A DNA stretch of 64,000 nt from Dehalococcoidia bacterium (GCA_963667465.2 CAXXDN010000001.1:288001-352000), one strand, 5' to 3'. Counted from the first letter of the stretch, positions 19,334 to 28,821 are shown. Made by a program: numbers and translations. The notes: generated from the sequence alone by a model not told the origin.

Positions 19334-20161
19334 TCAGCCGAGCTCCTCCGCCGTCCGATCGCCTGCGTCGTAGTCGGCGAACAGCTCGTCGTAGTGCTCC
19401 TGCAGCACGTCCCGGGCGTCGGGGTGGGTGAAGATGAAGCGGCGGTTCTCGCGGGCGCCCTGCAGCAGGCGAGGGATGAACGCCTCCGGGGGCGGCGCCT
19501 CGATGCGGGGCGGGGCGAAGTCGTCGTCGGGACCGCCGTAGCGCTGCTGGCGGACGCGCACGGCCCTGCGGATTTGCGTGTCCATCCGGCTCGGGCACCA
19601 GCACGAGACACCGATGCCCTCGGCCGCGAGCTCGTGTCGCAGCACGTTCGAATAGCCAACGACGGCGTGCTTCGCGGCGGTGTAGATGCCATTGACGTTC
19701 TGCCGCCCGACGAGGCCGGACATCGAGGAGGTGAGCACGACCTGCGCCGGTCCCTCCTGCTCGCGCAGCAGCGGCAGAAACGCCTGCACGCTGTGGATCG
19801 CGCCCCAGAGGTTGACCGCGAGCACCCACTCCCAGTCCTCGCTTGTCGCCTCGGCCAGCGGTGTGCTCTTCATCACCCCGGCGTTCTCGAACAGCACGAG
19901 CCCGCTGCGCTCGGCGCCAAACTCGGCGCGCGTGCGCCCGGCCAGCGCATCGACCGAGGCGCGGTCCGCAATGTCCGTGCGCACGGCGATCGCCTCGCCG
20001 CCGCTCTCGCGGATCGCCGCGGCGACAGCCTCGCCCGCGTCGCCGTCGATGTCGGCGGCGACGACGCGCATGCCGTCCGCCGCACAGGCATGGGCGAGTG
20101 CGCGCCCCGCGCCGCCGCCCGCACCCGTCACCACCGCCACGCTGCCCATGAAATCCTGCAT
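19334..20161 (-). CDS. SDR family oxidoreductase
   Basis: TGAGGGAG, ENAGV, YTAAK. Confidence 0.88.
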   Translation of the reverse strand: MQDFMGSVAVVTGAGGGAGRALAHACAADGMRVVAADIDGDAGEAVAAAIRESGGEAIAVRTDIADRASVDALAGRTRAEFGAERSGLVLFENAGVMKSTPLAEATSEDWEWVLAVNLWGAIHSVQAFLPLLREQEGPAQVVLTSSMSGLVGRQNVNGIYTAAKHAVVGYSNVLRHELAAEGIGVSCWCPSRMDTQIRRAVRVRQQRYGGPDDDFAPPRIEAPPPEAFIPRLLQGARENRRFIFTHPDARDVLQEHYDELFADYDAGDRTAEELG

Positions 20162-20259
20162 CGCGCACCCCCACGTACGTCGCCCGAGCCTACGGCCTTT
20201 CCACCTCACCCTCACCCGCTCCCGCCAGGGAGCGGGCACAGGAGGGCGGACGGAAGAAG

Positions 20260-21087
20260 CTAGCGGCCCTCGAAGTGTGGGTCGCGGCGCTCGAGGAAGG
20301 AGCGGAAGCCCTCCTGCGCGTCTTCGCTGCCGAGCAGGCCGATCTGCGTGGTCCATTCGTATTCGAGGAAGTGGGACATCGGCAGCTCGCTCGCACGCAT
20401 CAGCATGCGGCGCACACCGGTGTAGGCGAGCGGCGGGCCGGCGGCGATCTCGCGCGCGTAGCCGAGCGCGTGCTCCAGCAGCTCGTCGTCCGGGACGACC
20501 TCGGTGGCGAGCCCGAGCTCCAGACAGCGCGCGGCGTCGACCAGATCGCCGCTGTAGAGCAGCTCGATGGCGCGCGCGTGTCCGACGATGCGCGGCAGCC
20601 AGTAGGCCGCGCCGTAGTCCGCGGCGAGCCCGCGCTTGATGAAGACCGACCCCATGCGCGCCGATTCGCCGAGGAAGCGCACGTCGCAACAGAGCGCGAG
20701 GCCGAAGCCCGCTCCGACGGCCGCGCCGTTGACCGCCGCGATGATCGGCACGTCGCAGCGCGCGAACGTCTCCGCCAGCTCGCCGGAGAGCCCCCGGCGG
20801 TCCATCCGGTGCTGGCGCGGGGCGTCCCCACCTTCCTGCGCGGCAAGGTCGCCGAGGTCGGCGCCCGCGCAGAAGCCGCGGCCCTCGCCGGTGAGCACCA
20901 GCGCGTGTACCTCGTCGCTCTCGTTCGCCTCGGCGACGGTGTCGAGCAGCAGCTCGACGGCGTGCCCGCTGAGGGCGTTCATCGCCTGCGGGCGGTTGAG
21001 GCGAGCGAGCAGCACGCCAGCCTCGATCGAGGTCAGCAGCGGCGCCTCCTCCGTGCCGTCGGGCGGATCCGTCGTCCGTGCCACCAT
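20260..21087 (-). CDS. Enoyl-CoA hydratase/isomerase family
   Basis: LNRPQAMNAL, FCAGADL, AVNGAAVGAG, EGFRSFLERRDP. Confidence 0.9.
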   Translation of the reverse strand: MVARTTDPPDGTEEAPLLTSIEAGVLLARLNRPQAMNALSGHAVELLLDTVAEANESDEVHALVLTGEGRGFCAGADLGDLAAQEGGDAPRQHRMDRRGLSGELAETFARCDVPIIAAVNGAAVGAGFGLALCCDVRFLGESARMGSVFIKRGLAADYGAAYWLPRIVGHARAIELLYSGDLVDAARCLELGLATEVVPDDELLEHALGYAREIAAGPPLAYTGVRRMLMRASELPMSHFLEYEWTTQIGLLGSEDAQEGFRSFLERRDPHFEGR

Positions 21088-21185
21088 CTCGCTACTCCTT
21101 GTCGGCCGTGTTGCCTCGCTGGAGTCTGCGCCACGCCGGGCCGCTGCGCCATCCGTTATGCTCACGCGGCGCGAAGGGAGCCGGC

Positions 21186-22328
21186 ATGAAGATCGGCGTC
21201 CACCTCAACTTCCAGAACTACGGAGACTGGGAACGCTACGAGGCGCGGTCGAACGAGCCGCCAGCCGTCACCGACCAGCAGATCTACGAGGAAGACCTGC
21301 ACCTCGCCTCACTGGTCGAGCCCCTCGGCTACGACTCCTACTGGACGATCGACCACCACTTCTCGCCCTACATCATGACCGGCGGGGCGATGCAGCACCT
21401 GACCTACATGGCCGGCGCCACGGAGCGCATCGACTTCGGGACGATGGTGATCGTGCTGCCCTGGTACGACCCCGTGGTCGTCGCCGAGCAGATCTCCGTA
21501 CTCGACAACATGCTGCAGGGCCGCAAGCTGACGATCGGCCTCGGGCGCGGCGCGGCGCAGCGCGAGTTCGACGCCTACCGCATCCCGATGGGCGAGTCGC
21601 GCGACCGCTTCATGGAGTCGCTCGCGATCCTGCGCAAGGCGCTGACGCGCGAGTGGTGGAGCCACGAGGGCGACTTCTACTCGATCCCGGAGACGACGAT
21701 CCGCCCGCGCCCGCGCAACGGGCCCGAGATCGTCGAGAACCTCAAGGTCGCCTGGGTCAGCCCGGAAACCCTGAAGATCGCGGCCGACGCCGGCCTCGGC
21801 GTGTTGATGACGAACCAGAAGAGCTGGGACGAGTACCGCGACGAGCTTGGCCAGTTCAACCGGATCCGCCGCGACCACGGCTGGGGGCCGGTGCAACCCA
21901 CGACGGTCGCCAACCTCGCCTGCTTCGAGACGGAGGAGGAGGCCTGGAGCGTCATCCTGGAGGCCGTGACGCAGGCGCAGATCAGCAACAACAACCACTA
22001 CCAGTTCGCGGACAGCTCGATCTTCAAAGCGGCGAAGGGCTACAGCTACTACGAGAACTTCGAGAAGACGTTCCAGCGCAAGACGATCGACGAGATCGGC
22101 GAATTCAACGCGCGCCCGCAGGCCTGGGGAACGCCCGAGCAGGTGCTGCAGAAGCTGATTGACATCCGCGACAAGACCAGCGCCCGGGAGATCATCCTTA
22201 ACGCCCGCTACGGCGGCATGTCGTTCGAGCACGCCGAGCGCAGCCTGCGCCTCTTCGCCAGGGAGGTGCTGCCGAAGCTGCAGCAACTCGACGCGCCGCT
22301 CTCGCCCGCGGTGGCCGGGCTGGCGTAG
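21186..22328 (+). CDS. Luciferase-like (LLM class) flavin-dependent monooxygenase
   Basis: GYDSYWTIDHHFSPY, LPWYDP, GLGRG, PRP, GTPE. Confidence 0.9.
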   Translation: MKIGVHLNFQNYGDWERYEARSNEPPAVTDQQIYEEDLHLASLVEPLGYDSYWTIDHHFSPYIMTGGAMQHLTYMAGATERIDFGTMVIVLPWYDPVVVAEQISVLDNMLQGRKLTIGLGRGAAQREFDAYRIPMGESRDRFMESLAILRKALTREWWSHEGDFYSIPETTIRPRPRNGPEIVENLKVAWVSPETLKIAADAGLGVLMTNQKSWDEYRDELGQFNRIRRDHGWGPVQPTTVANLACFETEEEAWSVILEAVTQAQISNNNHYQFADSSIFKAAKGYSYYENFEKTFQRKTIDEIGEFNARPQAWGTPEQVLQKLIDIRDKTSAREIILNARYGGMSFEHAERSLRLFAREVLPKLQQLDAPLSPAVAGLA

Positions 22329-22344
22329 CCCTCGAGGCTGACTC

Positions 22345-23157
22345 TCAGCTCACGCAGCCGACGCCGTCCCCGTCGCGGTCCAACTCGTGCGGGTCGGGGG
22401 GCAGCACGCGGATGTCGTGGTGCTCGATGTCCCCGCAGTTGAGGTTGGGGGGCGGCGGCGGGATGCACACGTCGGGGTAGGCGTCGGCGCACTCGCCGGT
22501 CCCGGATGCCTCGTCGCTCCCCACGTCGGCGTCGTCCTCAGCCTCGCCGTCTGTCTCGCAGGCCGTCCAGAGGCCCGCGCCTGCCTCGCGCGCTCCCGTC
22601 TCGGCGTCCAGCAGGCGCTGCTCGTGCTGCTCATCGTCTCCTGAATGGTAGACGGTCGCGTAGCCGCCCTCGATGAGCAGCTCGTTCAGCATCCGTCCGT
22701 CCTCGAGGTAGACGTAGCGCAGCAGGCGGCCGAACGAGCCCGTGTCCTTCACATCGCGCTCCAGGCGCACCGCGGAGCCCTCCGGCAGCAGCGAGGACAC
22801 GTACGCGCTCGCCTCCGGCCCATAGCACTCCACGCCGCCGAAGACCTCGGGCGTGTCGACGAGCAGCAGCCGCACGCGCTGCGTCTCGCCGCCGATCGTG
22901 ACGTCGATCGTGTCGCCGTCGACGACACGTGAGACGACGGCCTGCGACTCATCGATGACCCAACGCTCGACGAAGCGCTCGTTGACCCAGTCGGGCGCGG
23001 CCGGGAAGTAGGAATGCCATTCGCCGTCCTCGTCCTGCACCCAGACGGAACGCGCGCCCTCGAGGTCGAGCGTGAGCCCGGGCGCGGAGGCGCGCGCATC
23101 GACGGCTGCGACGAACAGGCAGACTGCCGCGAGCAGCGCGAACACAGCCTTCGTCAT
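22345..23157 (-). CDS. Secreted thermonuclease (SNase) with Cys-rich Excalibur-like C-terminus
   Basis: Signal peptide, VVDGDTI, VDTPE, GRLLRYV, GLW, CIPPPPPNLNCGDI..DRDGDGVGC. Confidence 0.85.
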   Translation of the reverse strand: MTKAVFALLAAVCLFVAAVDARASAPGLTLDLEGARSVWVQDEDGEWHSYFPAAPDWVNERFVERWVIDESQAVVSRVVDGDTIDVTIGGETQRVRLLLVDTPEVFGGVECYGPEASAYVSSLLPEGSAVRLERDVKDTGSFGRLLRYVYLEDGRMLNELLIEGGYATVYHSGDDEQHEQRLLDAETGAREAGAGLWTACETDGEAEDDADVGSDEASGTGECADAYPDVCIPPPPPNLNCGDIEHHDIRVLPPDPHELDRDGDGVGCVS

Positions 23158-23270
23158 CGCCCGTCTCCCGTCCTGCGGCGCCCCTCGCACGCCTCGCAGG
23201 CAAGCCTAGCGCGTGGGGCGGCGAGCGACGTGGCGCAGTTGTGCGAAGATGGAGGCCGCCGGAGGCAATC

Positions 23271-23510
23271 ATGGTGACCAGACACTTCCGCGCCAGGTAC
23301 TCGAAGGGCGTGCTCGAACCCCTCGAGACGATCGACCTCGAGGAGGGGGCCGAGGTGTCCCTGTCCATCAAGGAGGAGCCCTCACCGGATGAAGCCGGGG
23401 AAGCATTCCGGCGCTCTGCTGGAAGTTGGGGTGGCCAGGATCCCGACGAGTTGATCCGGATGCTCTACGAGTCCCGCATTACCGGTTCGCGGGAGCCCCC
23501 GGACCCGTAG
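23271..23510 (+). CDS. AF2212/DUF104-like antitoxin, copy 1
   Basis: ARYSKGVLEPLETIDLEEGAEV; RBS GGAGG. Confidence 0.8.
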   Translation: MVTRHFRARYSKGVLEPLETIDLEEGAEVSLSIKEEPSPDEAGEAFRRSAGSWGGQDPDELIRMLYESRITGSREPPDP

Positions 23511-23526
23511 CGCCGGGGAGGCAATC

Positions 23527-23769
23527 ATGGTGACCAGGCACGTCCGCGCCAGATACTCGAAGGGCGTCCTCGAACCCCTTGAGGCGATCGACCTCGAGGA
23601 GGGGGCCGAGGTTTCGCTGTCCATCGAGGAGGAGCCCTCGCCGAAGCACGACCCGGAGGCGATGAGGGCCGGTGCCGGCGGCTGGGTCGGCCAGCATGAT
23701 CCCGAGGAGCTCAAGCGAACGATCTACGAGGCTCGCATCACAGGTTCGCGGGAACGGCCAACTCCCTAG
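23527..23769 (+). CDS. AF2212/DUF104-like antitoxin, copy 2
   Basis: ARYSKGVLEPLEAIDLEEGAEV; directly upstream of PIN gene. Confidence 0.8.
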   Translation: MVTRHVRARYSKGVLEPLEAIDLEEGAEVSLSIEEEPSPKHDPEAMRAGAGGWVGQHDPEELKRTIYEARITGSRERPTP

Positions 23770-23773
23770 CGCC

Positions 23774-24166
23774 GTGGAGCACATGGTCGACACGGACTGG
23801 GTCATCGACTACATGCACCAGGTGTCGCATGTAGTGGACCGCGTTGCAGAGTTGACCCCGGCCGGAATCGGACTGAGCGTGATTTCGCTCGCTGAGCTCT
23901 ACGAGGGTGTGCAAGGGGATGTGGACTCGCAGCGCAGTGAGCGCGAGTTGGACGCCTTCCTTGAGCGCGTGTACTTGCTAGACCTCGATGAGGGGACCTG
24001 CCGAATCTTCGGCAGGGAACGCGCCCGCCTGCGGTCGGCCGGAATGCTTATCGGCGACCTCGATCTCCTGATCGGCGCAACCGCGTTGCGGCACGGGCTC
24101 ACCCTGCTCACCAACAACCGACGCCACTTCGACCGGATCGAGGGGCTGGCGATCGAGTCGGTCTGA
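23774..24166 (+). CDS. vapC: VapC PIN-domain toxin
   Basis: VDTDWVID, SLAELYEG, DLLIGATAL, TNNRRHF. Confidence 0.88.
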   Translation: MEHMVDTDWVIDYMHQVSHVVDRVAELTPAGIGLSVISLAELYEGVQGDVDSQRSERELDAFLERVYLLDLDEGTCRIFGRERARLRSAGMLIGDLDLLIGATALRHGLTLLTNNRRHFDRIEGLAIESV

Positions 24167-24185
24167 GGCCGGACGCGCCAGGCCG

Positions 24186-24635
24186 TCAGCTCGGTCCGTC
24201 GGGCTTGTTCTCCTGGCCGGCCCAGACGACGCCGAGTTCGCGGTGGGCGAAGCGCCAGGCGTCCTCGTGGCGCGCGTACTCGTCGCGGTAGTGGATGTAC
24301 ATCACGCGGTCGCGCGTGCCCTCGTCCCCGGTCTCGGTGAAATGGTGGGCGATGCTGTAGGCCTCGCCGCGCACCACGCCGTCCTCGATCCAGTGGCGCG
24401 ACTGGCCGACGAAGTGGAAGGTTCGGTCGTAGCGCGTGAGGCCGGACACACCCTTCGCGATCTCCTCGCGGCCCTCGTAGCGGAAGCGCGAGGAGATCAG
24501 CACGCCGCCCGGCGTGAACAGCGCGGCGAAGCCCTCGAAGTCCCGCGCGTCGGCGGCGAACGCGTAGCGATGGCCGAGCGCGACCAGTTCCTCGCGATCC
24601 TCACGCGTGAGTTCCGCCTGGGTCGCGTCGCTCAC
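24186..24635 (-). CDS. NTF2/SnoaL-like protein
   Basis: RYAFAADARD, LFTPGG, YRDEY..WRF. Confidence 0.8.
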   Translation of the reverse strand: MSDATQAELTREDREELVALGHRYAFAADARDFEGFAALFTPGGVLISSRFRYEGREEIAKGVSGLTRYDRTFHFVGQSRHWIEDGVVRGEAYSIAHHFTETGDEGTRDRVMYIHYRDEYARHEDAWRFAHRELGVVWAGQENKPDGPS

Positions 24636-25561
24636 GAAGCGGCTTCGCGGAAGGCCTCGACGATGGCGCTGAACTGCTCCGTCGCGGCGTCGCGCTCCTC
24701 GGTCACACGGAAGCCGCCGCGCACGTCCGTCACCCCGGCAGCAACGAGGTCGGGCACCGCCGCCATCGTCGCCTCGAGGTCGATCCCGCCCGCGTCGTCC
24801 TGGACGATCTGCAACCGGCCGACCACCTCGATGTCCGATGGGTCGCGGCCGAAGCCGGCGACGGCCTCGCGCATCCGCTCGATGCCGCCCGCGACGTCGG
24901 CGGCGTCGGGGCCCCAGGGGATCCAGCCGGAGCCGTAGGTCGCGAGCCGCCGCATCGCCCGCGGGTTGACGGTGCCGCTGACCCAGATCGGGACGCCGCC
25001 GGGCTGCACAGGCTTGGGCATCTGGTGGACGTTGCTGAACGTCACGCCCTCGGCGTCGTAGGACGCCACGCGGTTGCGCCAGAGCGTCTGGCAGAGCTCG
25101 AGCGTGTGGTCGAGCAGGCGGCCGCGGCGCTGGTAGGGGAGGCCCGCGGCCTGGTACTCGGCGAGCTGCCAGCCGATGCCGACGCCGATATCGAGCCGCC
25201 CGCCGGAAAGCACGTCGATCGTCGCGCCCACCTTGGCGAGCACGAGCGGGCGGCGCAACGCGGCGAGCAGGATGTTGGTCCCGAAGCGCACGCGCGTCGT
25301 CACCGAGGTGAGGTGCGCGATCACCGTCAGCGGGTCCAGCCAGTAGCCGTCCGGGCTGGTCGGCTGGACGCCGCCGGCCTGGCCGCCCAGCTCGGGCCGG
25401 GCGTAATCCTCGAGCTGCTCGCCGAAGGCGACGTGGTCGGAGACGACGAGCCGGTCGACTCCAGCCTCATCGGCTGCCCGGGCGACGTCGATCAGGTGTT
25501 GCCAGCTGCCGGGATCCTCCGGGGTGAACGAGCGGAGACCTGTCGAGAGTTGCGGCTGCAC
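24632..25561 (-). CDS. LLM class (probably F420-dependent) oxidoreductase
   Basis: Start re-called at GTG25561; VSDHV, DPL, TIDVLSGGRL..GVGIGW, PKPVQ. Confidence 0.88.
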   Translation of the reverse strand: MQPQLSTGLRSFTPEDPGSWQHLIDVARAADEAGVDRLVVSDHVAFGEQLEDYARPELGGQAGGVQPTSPDGYWLDPLTVIAHLTSVTTRVRFGTNILLAALRRPLVLAKVGATIDVLSGGRLDIGVGIGWQLAEYQAAGLPYQRRGRLLDHTLELCQTLWRNRVASYDAEGVTFSNVHQMPKPVQPGGVPIWVSGTVNPRAMRRLATYGSGWIPWGPDAADVAGGIERMREAVAGFGRDPSDIEVVGRLQIVQDDAGGIDLEATMAAVPDLVAAGVTDVRGGFRVTEERDAATEQFSAIVEAFREAAS

Positions 25562-25647
25562 GGCTGTCGCTCCCTTCCGGGCGCGCAGGGCCCGATGCGC
25601 GGCGGCGAGGCCGGGCGATGATAGCGCCTCGGGGGAGGCGGTCCGCG

Positions 25648-27105
25648 TCAGGCGGGAGCCTCGGCGGCGGCGGTGCGGCCCGCGACGCGGCCGAAGGCGA
25701 GCGCGTCGGCGATGTGGAAGCCGCCGTCCTTGCACCAGCTGTAGGTGGAGCTGACCGTGCCCGCGGCGTAGAGCCCCGGGATCACGCGCCCGAACGGGTC
25801 GAGCACCTGCGAGTGTTCGTTGCGCCTCGGCCCGCCGTTGGTCCAGCCCAGCAGCGGCGCCGAGGTGAAGGCGTAGTAGGGCGGCTGGTCGATCGGCGCG
25901 AGCGTCGCGGGGTGACGCTGGAACTGGTCGTCCACGCCCGCCGCGCAGGCCGCGTTGTAGCGCCGCACCGTCTCCTCGAGGACCTCGCCGTCGACGCCAA
26001 GCAGCGCCGCCAGCTCGCGAGGGCTGTCCGCGCGCTTGATCCAGCCCCGCTCGATCTCGGCGCTGTTGTCCTCGCTCCACTCGTAGCCCTCGACGAGCAT
26101 GTTCCAGCCGACCGGGAGCAACGAGGGCGGCGGGCTGATCGGGCCTGCGAGGCGCGTGCGCTCGTCGAAGATCACGTGCATCGGCTGCGCCGGGTAGAGC
26201 TCGTAGCTGCCGTTGATCTTCCCCTGGCCGTGGCCGCCGCGCGGGAACTCGTCGATCAGCCGGCGGCCGTCCATGCCCGTGAAGATGAAGCCACGGGCGA
26301 AGACGAAGGAGACGTAGAAGCCGCTCTCGAAGCCCTCCGCACGGAAGCCGAAGGCGGTCGCCATGTTGTCCATGTGCCAGAGGTCGGCGCCCACCTGCTG
26401 CGCCATGCGGATGCCGTCGCCGGTCCCGGCGGGCGACCCCCAGACGGGCGAGTCCGGCAGCTGCAGGTAGTCGCGCACCATTTGCGGGTTGTTCTCGAAA
26501 CCCCCGGTCGCCAGCACGACACCGCGGCGTGCGCGGACGCGCAGCGGCGTTCCGCCCTCGCTCGCCGCGCTCAGCGCCTCGACGCCAGCGACGGCGCCCG
26601 AGGCGTCCCGCACCAGCTCGCGCCCCGGCGTATCGAGCAGCACCTCGATGCCGCGCTCGCGCACGGCCTCGGAGAGCGTCTCGAAGAGCCGGCTGTTGCC
26701 CAGCTCGCCGTCGACGCCGATGTAGCCGCCGTAGGCCTCGCTGCCGGGCAGCTCCGGGAACTCGGGGCGGTAGTCGCCGTGCGTGGCGACGCGCGCGCCG
26801 AGGCTCTCGACCCAGGCCGAGTTCTCCGCGGTCTCGCGCGCCCAGACCTGGATGACCTCCTCGGGGACGGGGAAGTCGCCGCAGAGGGCGCGCAGGTAGG
26901 TTGCGATGCCCTCCGGGTCGCTGTTGTCGAACCAGACGCCGCCGGAGACGCGCGTGTTTCCGCCCTCGCGGCCTGCCGGCATCTTCTCGAGGACGACGAC
27001 GTCCGCCCCTGCGTCGTGCGCCTCGATGGCGGCGGCACAGCCCGCCGCGCCGAGCCCGAGCACGACAACGTCCGCCTCGCGATCCCACGCCGCTTCGGTC
27101 ATCAC
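25648..27105 (-). CDS. FAD-binding oxidoreductase (fumarate reductase/3-ketosteroid dehydrogenase-like)
   Basis: GLGAAG, GGNTRVSGG, LATGGF, GDG, TNGG, IPGLYAAG. Confidence 0.85.
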   Translation of the reverse strand: MMTEAAWDREADVVVLGLGAAGCAAAIEAHDAGADVVVLEKMPAGREGGNTRVSGGVWFDNSDPEGIATYLRALCGDFPVPEEVIQVWARETAENSAWVESLGARVATHGDYRPEFPELPGSEAYGGYIGVDGELGNSRLFETLSEAVRERGIEVLLDTPGRELVRDASGAVAGVEALSAASEGGTPLRVRARRGVVLATGGFENNPQMVRDYLQLPDSPVWGSPAGTGDGIRMAQQVGADLWHMDNMATAFGFRAEGFESGFYVSFVFARGFIFTGMDGRRLIDEFPRGGHGQGKINGSYELYPAQPMHVIFDERTRLAGPISPPPSLLPVGWNMLVEGYEWSEDNSAEIERGWIKRADSPRELAALLGVDGEVLEETVRRYNAACAAGVDDQFQRHPATLAPIDQPPYYAFTSAPLLGWTNGGPRRNEHSQVLDPFGRVIPGLYAAGTVSSTYSWCKDGGFHIADALAFGRVAGRTAAAEAPA

Positions 27106-27139
27106 GCACTCCTCGATGCTGCGTTGGTGGTGGTGAGGA

Positions 27140-27215
27140 TGGCGCGCCGGGAAGGATTCGAACCCTCGACCATCAGATCCGAAGTCTGACGCTCTGTCCC
27201 CTGAGCTACCGGCGC
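27140..27215 (-). tRNA. tRNA-Arg, anticodon UCG, CCA encoded
   Basis: GCGCCGG acceptor stem, TAGCTCAG D-arm, TCAGA-CT-TCG-GA-TCTGA anticodon arm, GGTTCGAATCC T-arm, ends GCCA; 76 nt. Confidence 0.95.
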
Positions 27216-27298
27216 ACGGGCGATCGGGACGTTATGAGTGTACCCGCGGGCGCGCTAGGATCGCTCCGGGCACGGCGCCTGCGGGAGAGGACGCAACG

Positions 27299-27673
27299 AT
27301 GCAAGTCACAAGGATCTACACCGGCGAAGATGGACGATCGCACTTCGAGGACATCGCGGTCGGCACCGGAGCGGGGGACACGCAGCGCTCGACGGATTTC
27401 CCGGCGACCGCCGTCGGGCTGCGCGAGTCCGACGGCACGCGCGACCTGGACTTCCACCCCGCGCCGCGCCGGCAACTGGTGGCCATCCTCGCGGGGCGGC
27501 TGGAGATCGAGATCGGCGACGGCACGAAGCGAGAGTTCGGGCCGGGCGAGCTGTTCCTCGCGGACGACACCAGCGGACAGGGCCACATCCTGCGCGACGT
27601 CGGCGGCCCACACCGCGGCGTCGTCATCCCGCTCGCGCCCGAGTTCGACCTCGAGGCGTTCCGCGGCGGCTAG
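27299..27673 (+). CDS. Small cupin-fold protein (paralog 2)
   Basis: RIYTGEDGRSHFED, HPAPRRQ, GELFLADDTSGQGH. Confidence 0.8.
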   Translation: MQVTRIYTGEDGRSHFEDIAVGTGAGDTQRSTDFPATAVGLRESDGTRDLDFHPAPRRQLVAILAGRLEIEIGDGTKREFGPGELFLADDTSGQGHILRDVGGPHRGVVIPLAPEFDLEAFRGG

Positions 27674-27946
27674 GTTATCGAGGCCGACGCGATCCCCTTC
27701 GCCCCAGGCCGCTCTATCGACCAGCACCGTGATGATGTTCTCGTGGATCGTCGAGGCGACGAACTCCAGCTCGACCGAGGCCCCACCGGGACACGCGCTG
27801 ATCACCAGGCGTGGCGTGCGCTCGGCAGCCTCCGCCTCGTCCCACTGCAGGAGGCTGAGCAGCGTCTCCTCGCCGGCTGCGCCGAAGGGTGAGCAGGCCT
27901 CGGCGAGCTCGTGGCGAAGCGGCTCGAGGTCTTGCTGAGCCGTCAT
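27674..27946 (-). pseudogene. Possible truncated hypothetical gene
   Basis: About 77 codons with gene-like GC3 from ATG27946, then the frame runs on antisense through the cupin gene. Confidence 0.3.
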
Positions 27947-27973
27947 GCGGGCTACCGTTCGGCGCTCTCGCCG

Positions 27974-28300
27974 CTACGGCAGTGGCGAGTAGTCGGTCGG
28001 CGCGAGGATGTCCGAGCGGATGCGAGTCACGATCGCGCCGTCGCGCTCCGAATCGGCGCGGACCTGCCGCCACTCCTCGTCGTCCCGGAACGCGGCCCAC
28101 TTGCGGTCGCGGTCGGCCATGTCCTCGAACTTCATGAGGTAGACGAGCTGGTCGCTCCAGCCGCCGTGCGCGTAGGTCCAGAAGCCGACGACGTCCAGAC
28201 CGTGGTTGGCGAAGATGCGCAGCGTGTGGTCGCGGAAGCGGCGATGGAGCGCGCCAAGCCTGCCCGGGGCCGCCTCGTAGATTCGCAGTTCGTAGATCAT
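27974..28300 (-). CDS. NIPSNAP family protein, copy 1
   Basis: MIYELRIY, RFRDHT, VVGFW, LVY, PTDYSP. Confidence 0.9.
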   Translation of the reverse strand: MIYELRIYEAAPGRLGALHRRFRDHTLRIFANHGLDVVGFWTYAHGGWSDQLVYLMKFEDMADRDRKWAAFRDDEEWRQVRADSERDGAIVTRIRSDILAPTDYSPLP

Positions 28301-28324
28301 CGCTGCTCCTTCCGTGGGGCGCCG

Positions 28325-28651
28325 CTACGGTAGCGGCGAGTAGTCCGTCGGCGCGAGGATGTCGGAGCGGATGCGCGTGGTGAGCGAGCCGTCGCGGTGC
28401 GACTCGGCGAGGACACCTCGCCACTCCTCGTCGGCCATGAACGAGGCCCACTTGCGGTCGCGGTCGGCCATGTCCTCGAACTTCATGAGGTAGACGAGCT
28501 CGTTACTCCAGCCGCCGTGCGCGTAGGTCCAGAAGCCGACGACATCCAGCCCGTGGTTGGCGAAGATGCGCAGCGTGTGGTCGCGGAAGCGGGCATTGAG
28601 CGCGCCGAGCTTGCCCGGAGCCGCCTCGTAGGTGCGCAGTTCGTAGATCAT
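28325..28651 (-). CDS. NIPSNAP family protein, copy 2
   Basis: Near-identical 108-aa tandem paralog. Confidence 0.9.
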   Translation of the reverse strand: MIYELRTYEAAPGKLGALNARFRDHTLRIFANHGLDVVGFWTYAHGGWSNELVYLMKFEDMADRDRKWASFMADEEWRGVLAESHRDGSLTTRIRSDILAPTDYSPLP

Positions 28652-28821
28652 CGTTGCTCCTTCCGCGTGGCGCCGACGATACCCGGTCGCGAGTCGCGCC
28701 GCGAGACTACGCTGCGGGCCGGCGCCCTCGCTACGCTACGTGAGGGCGCGGCGCCCCCAGGGCGCGCTGCGCCGCGCGGCGCGTGGCCTGCTACCCTCGG
28801 CGCGCGACGAAGGAGGTTGCC

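Noticed and set aside
24632-27109. 825-aa ORF ending in an LLM domain
   Set aside because: The upstream part is an off-frame Arg/Gly-rich overlap of the FAD oxidoreductase; the LLM begins at 25561.
24186-27140. Active integrative element at tRNA-Arg
   Set aside because: No integrase and no duplicated tRNA 3' end found by eye in the window.
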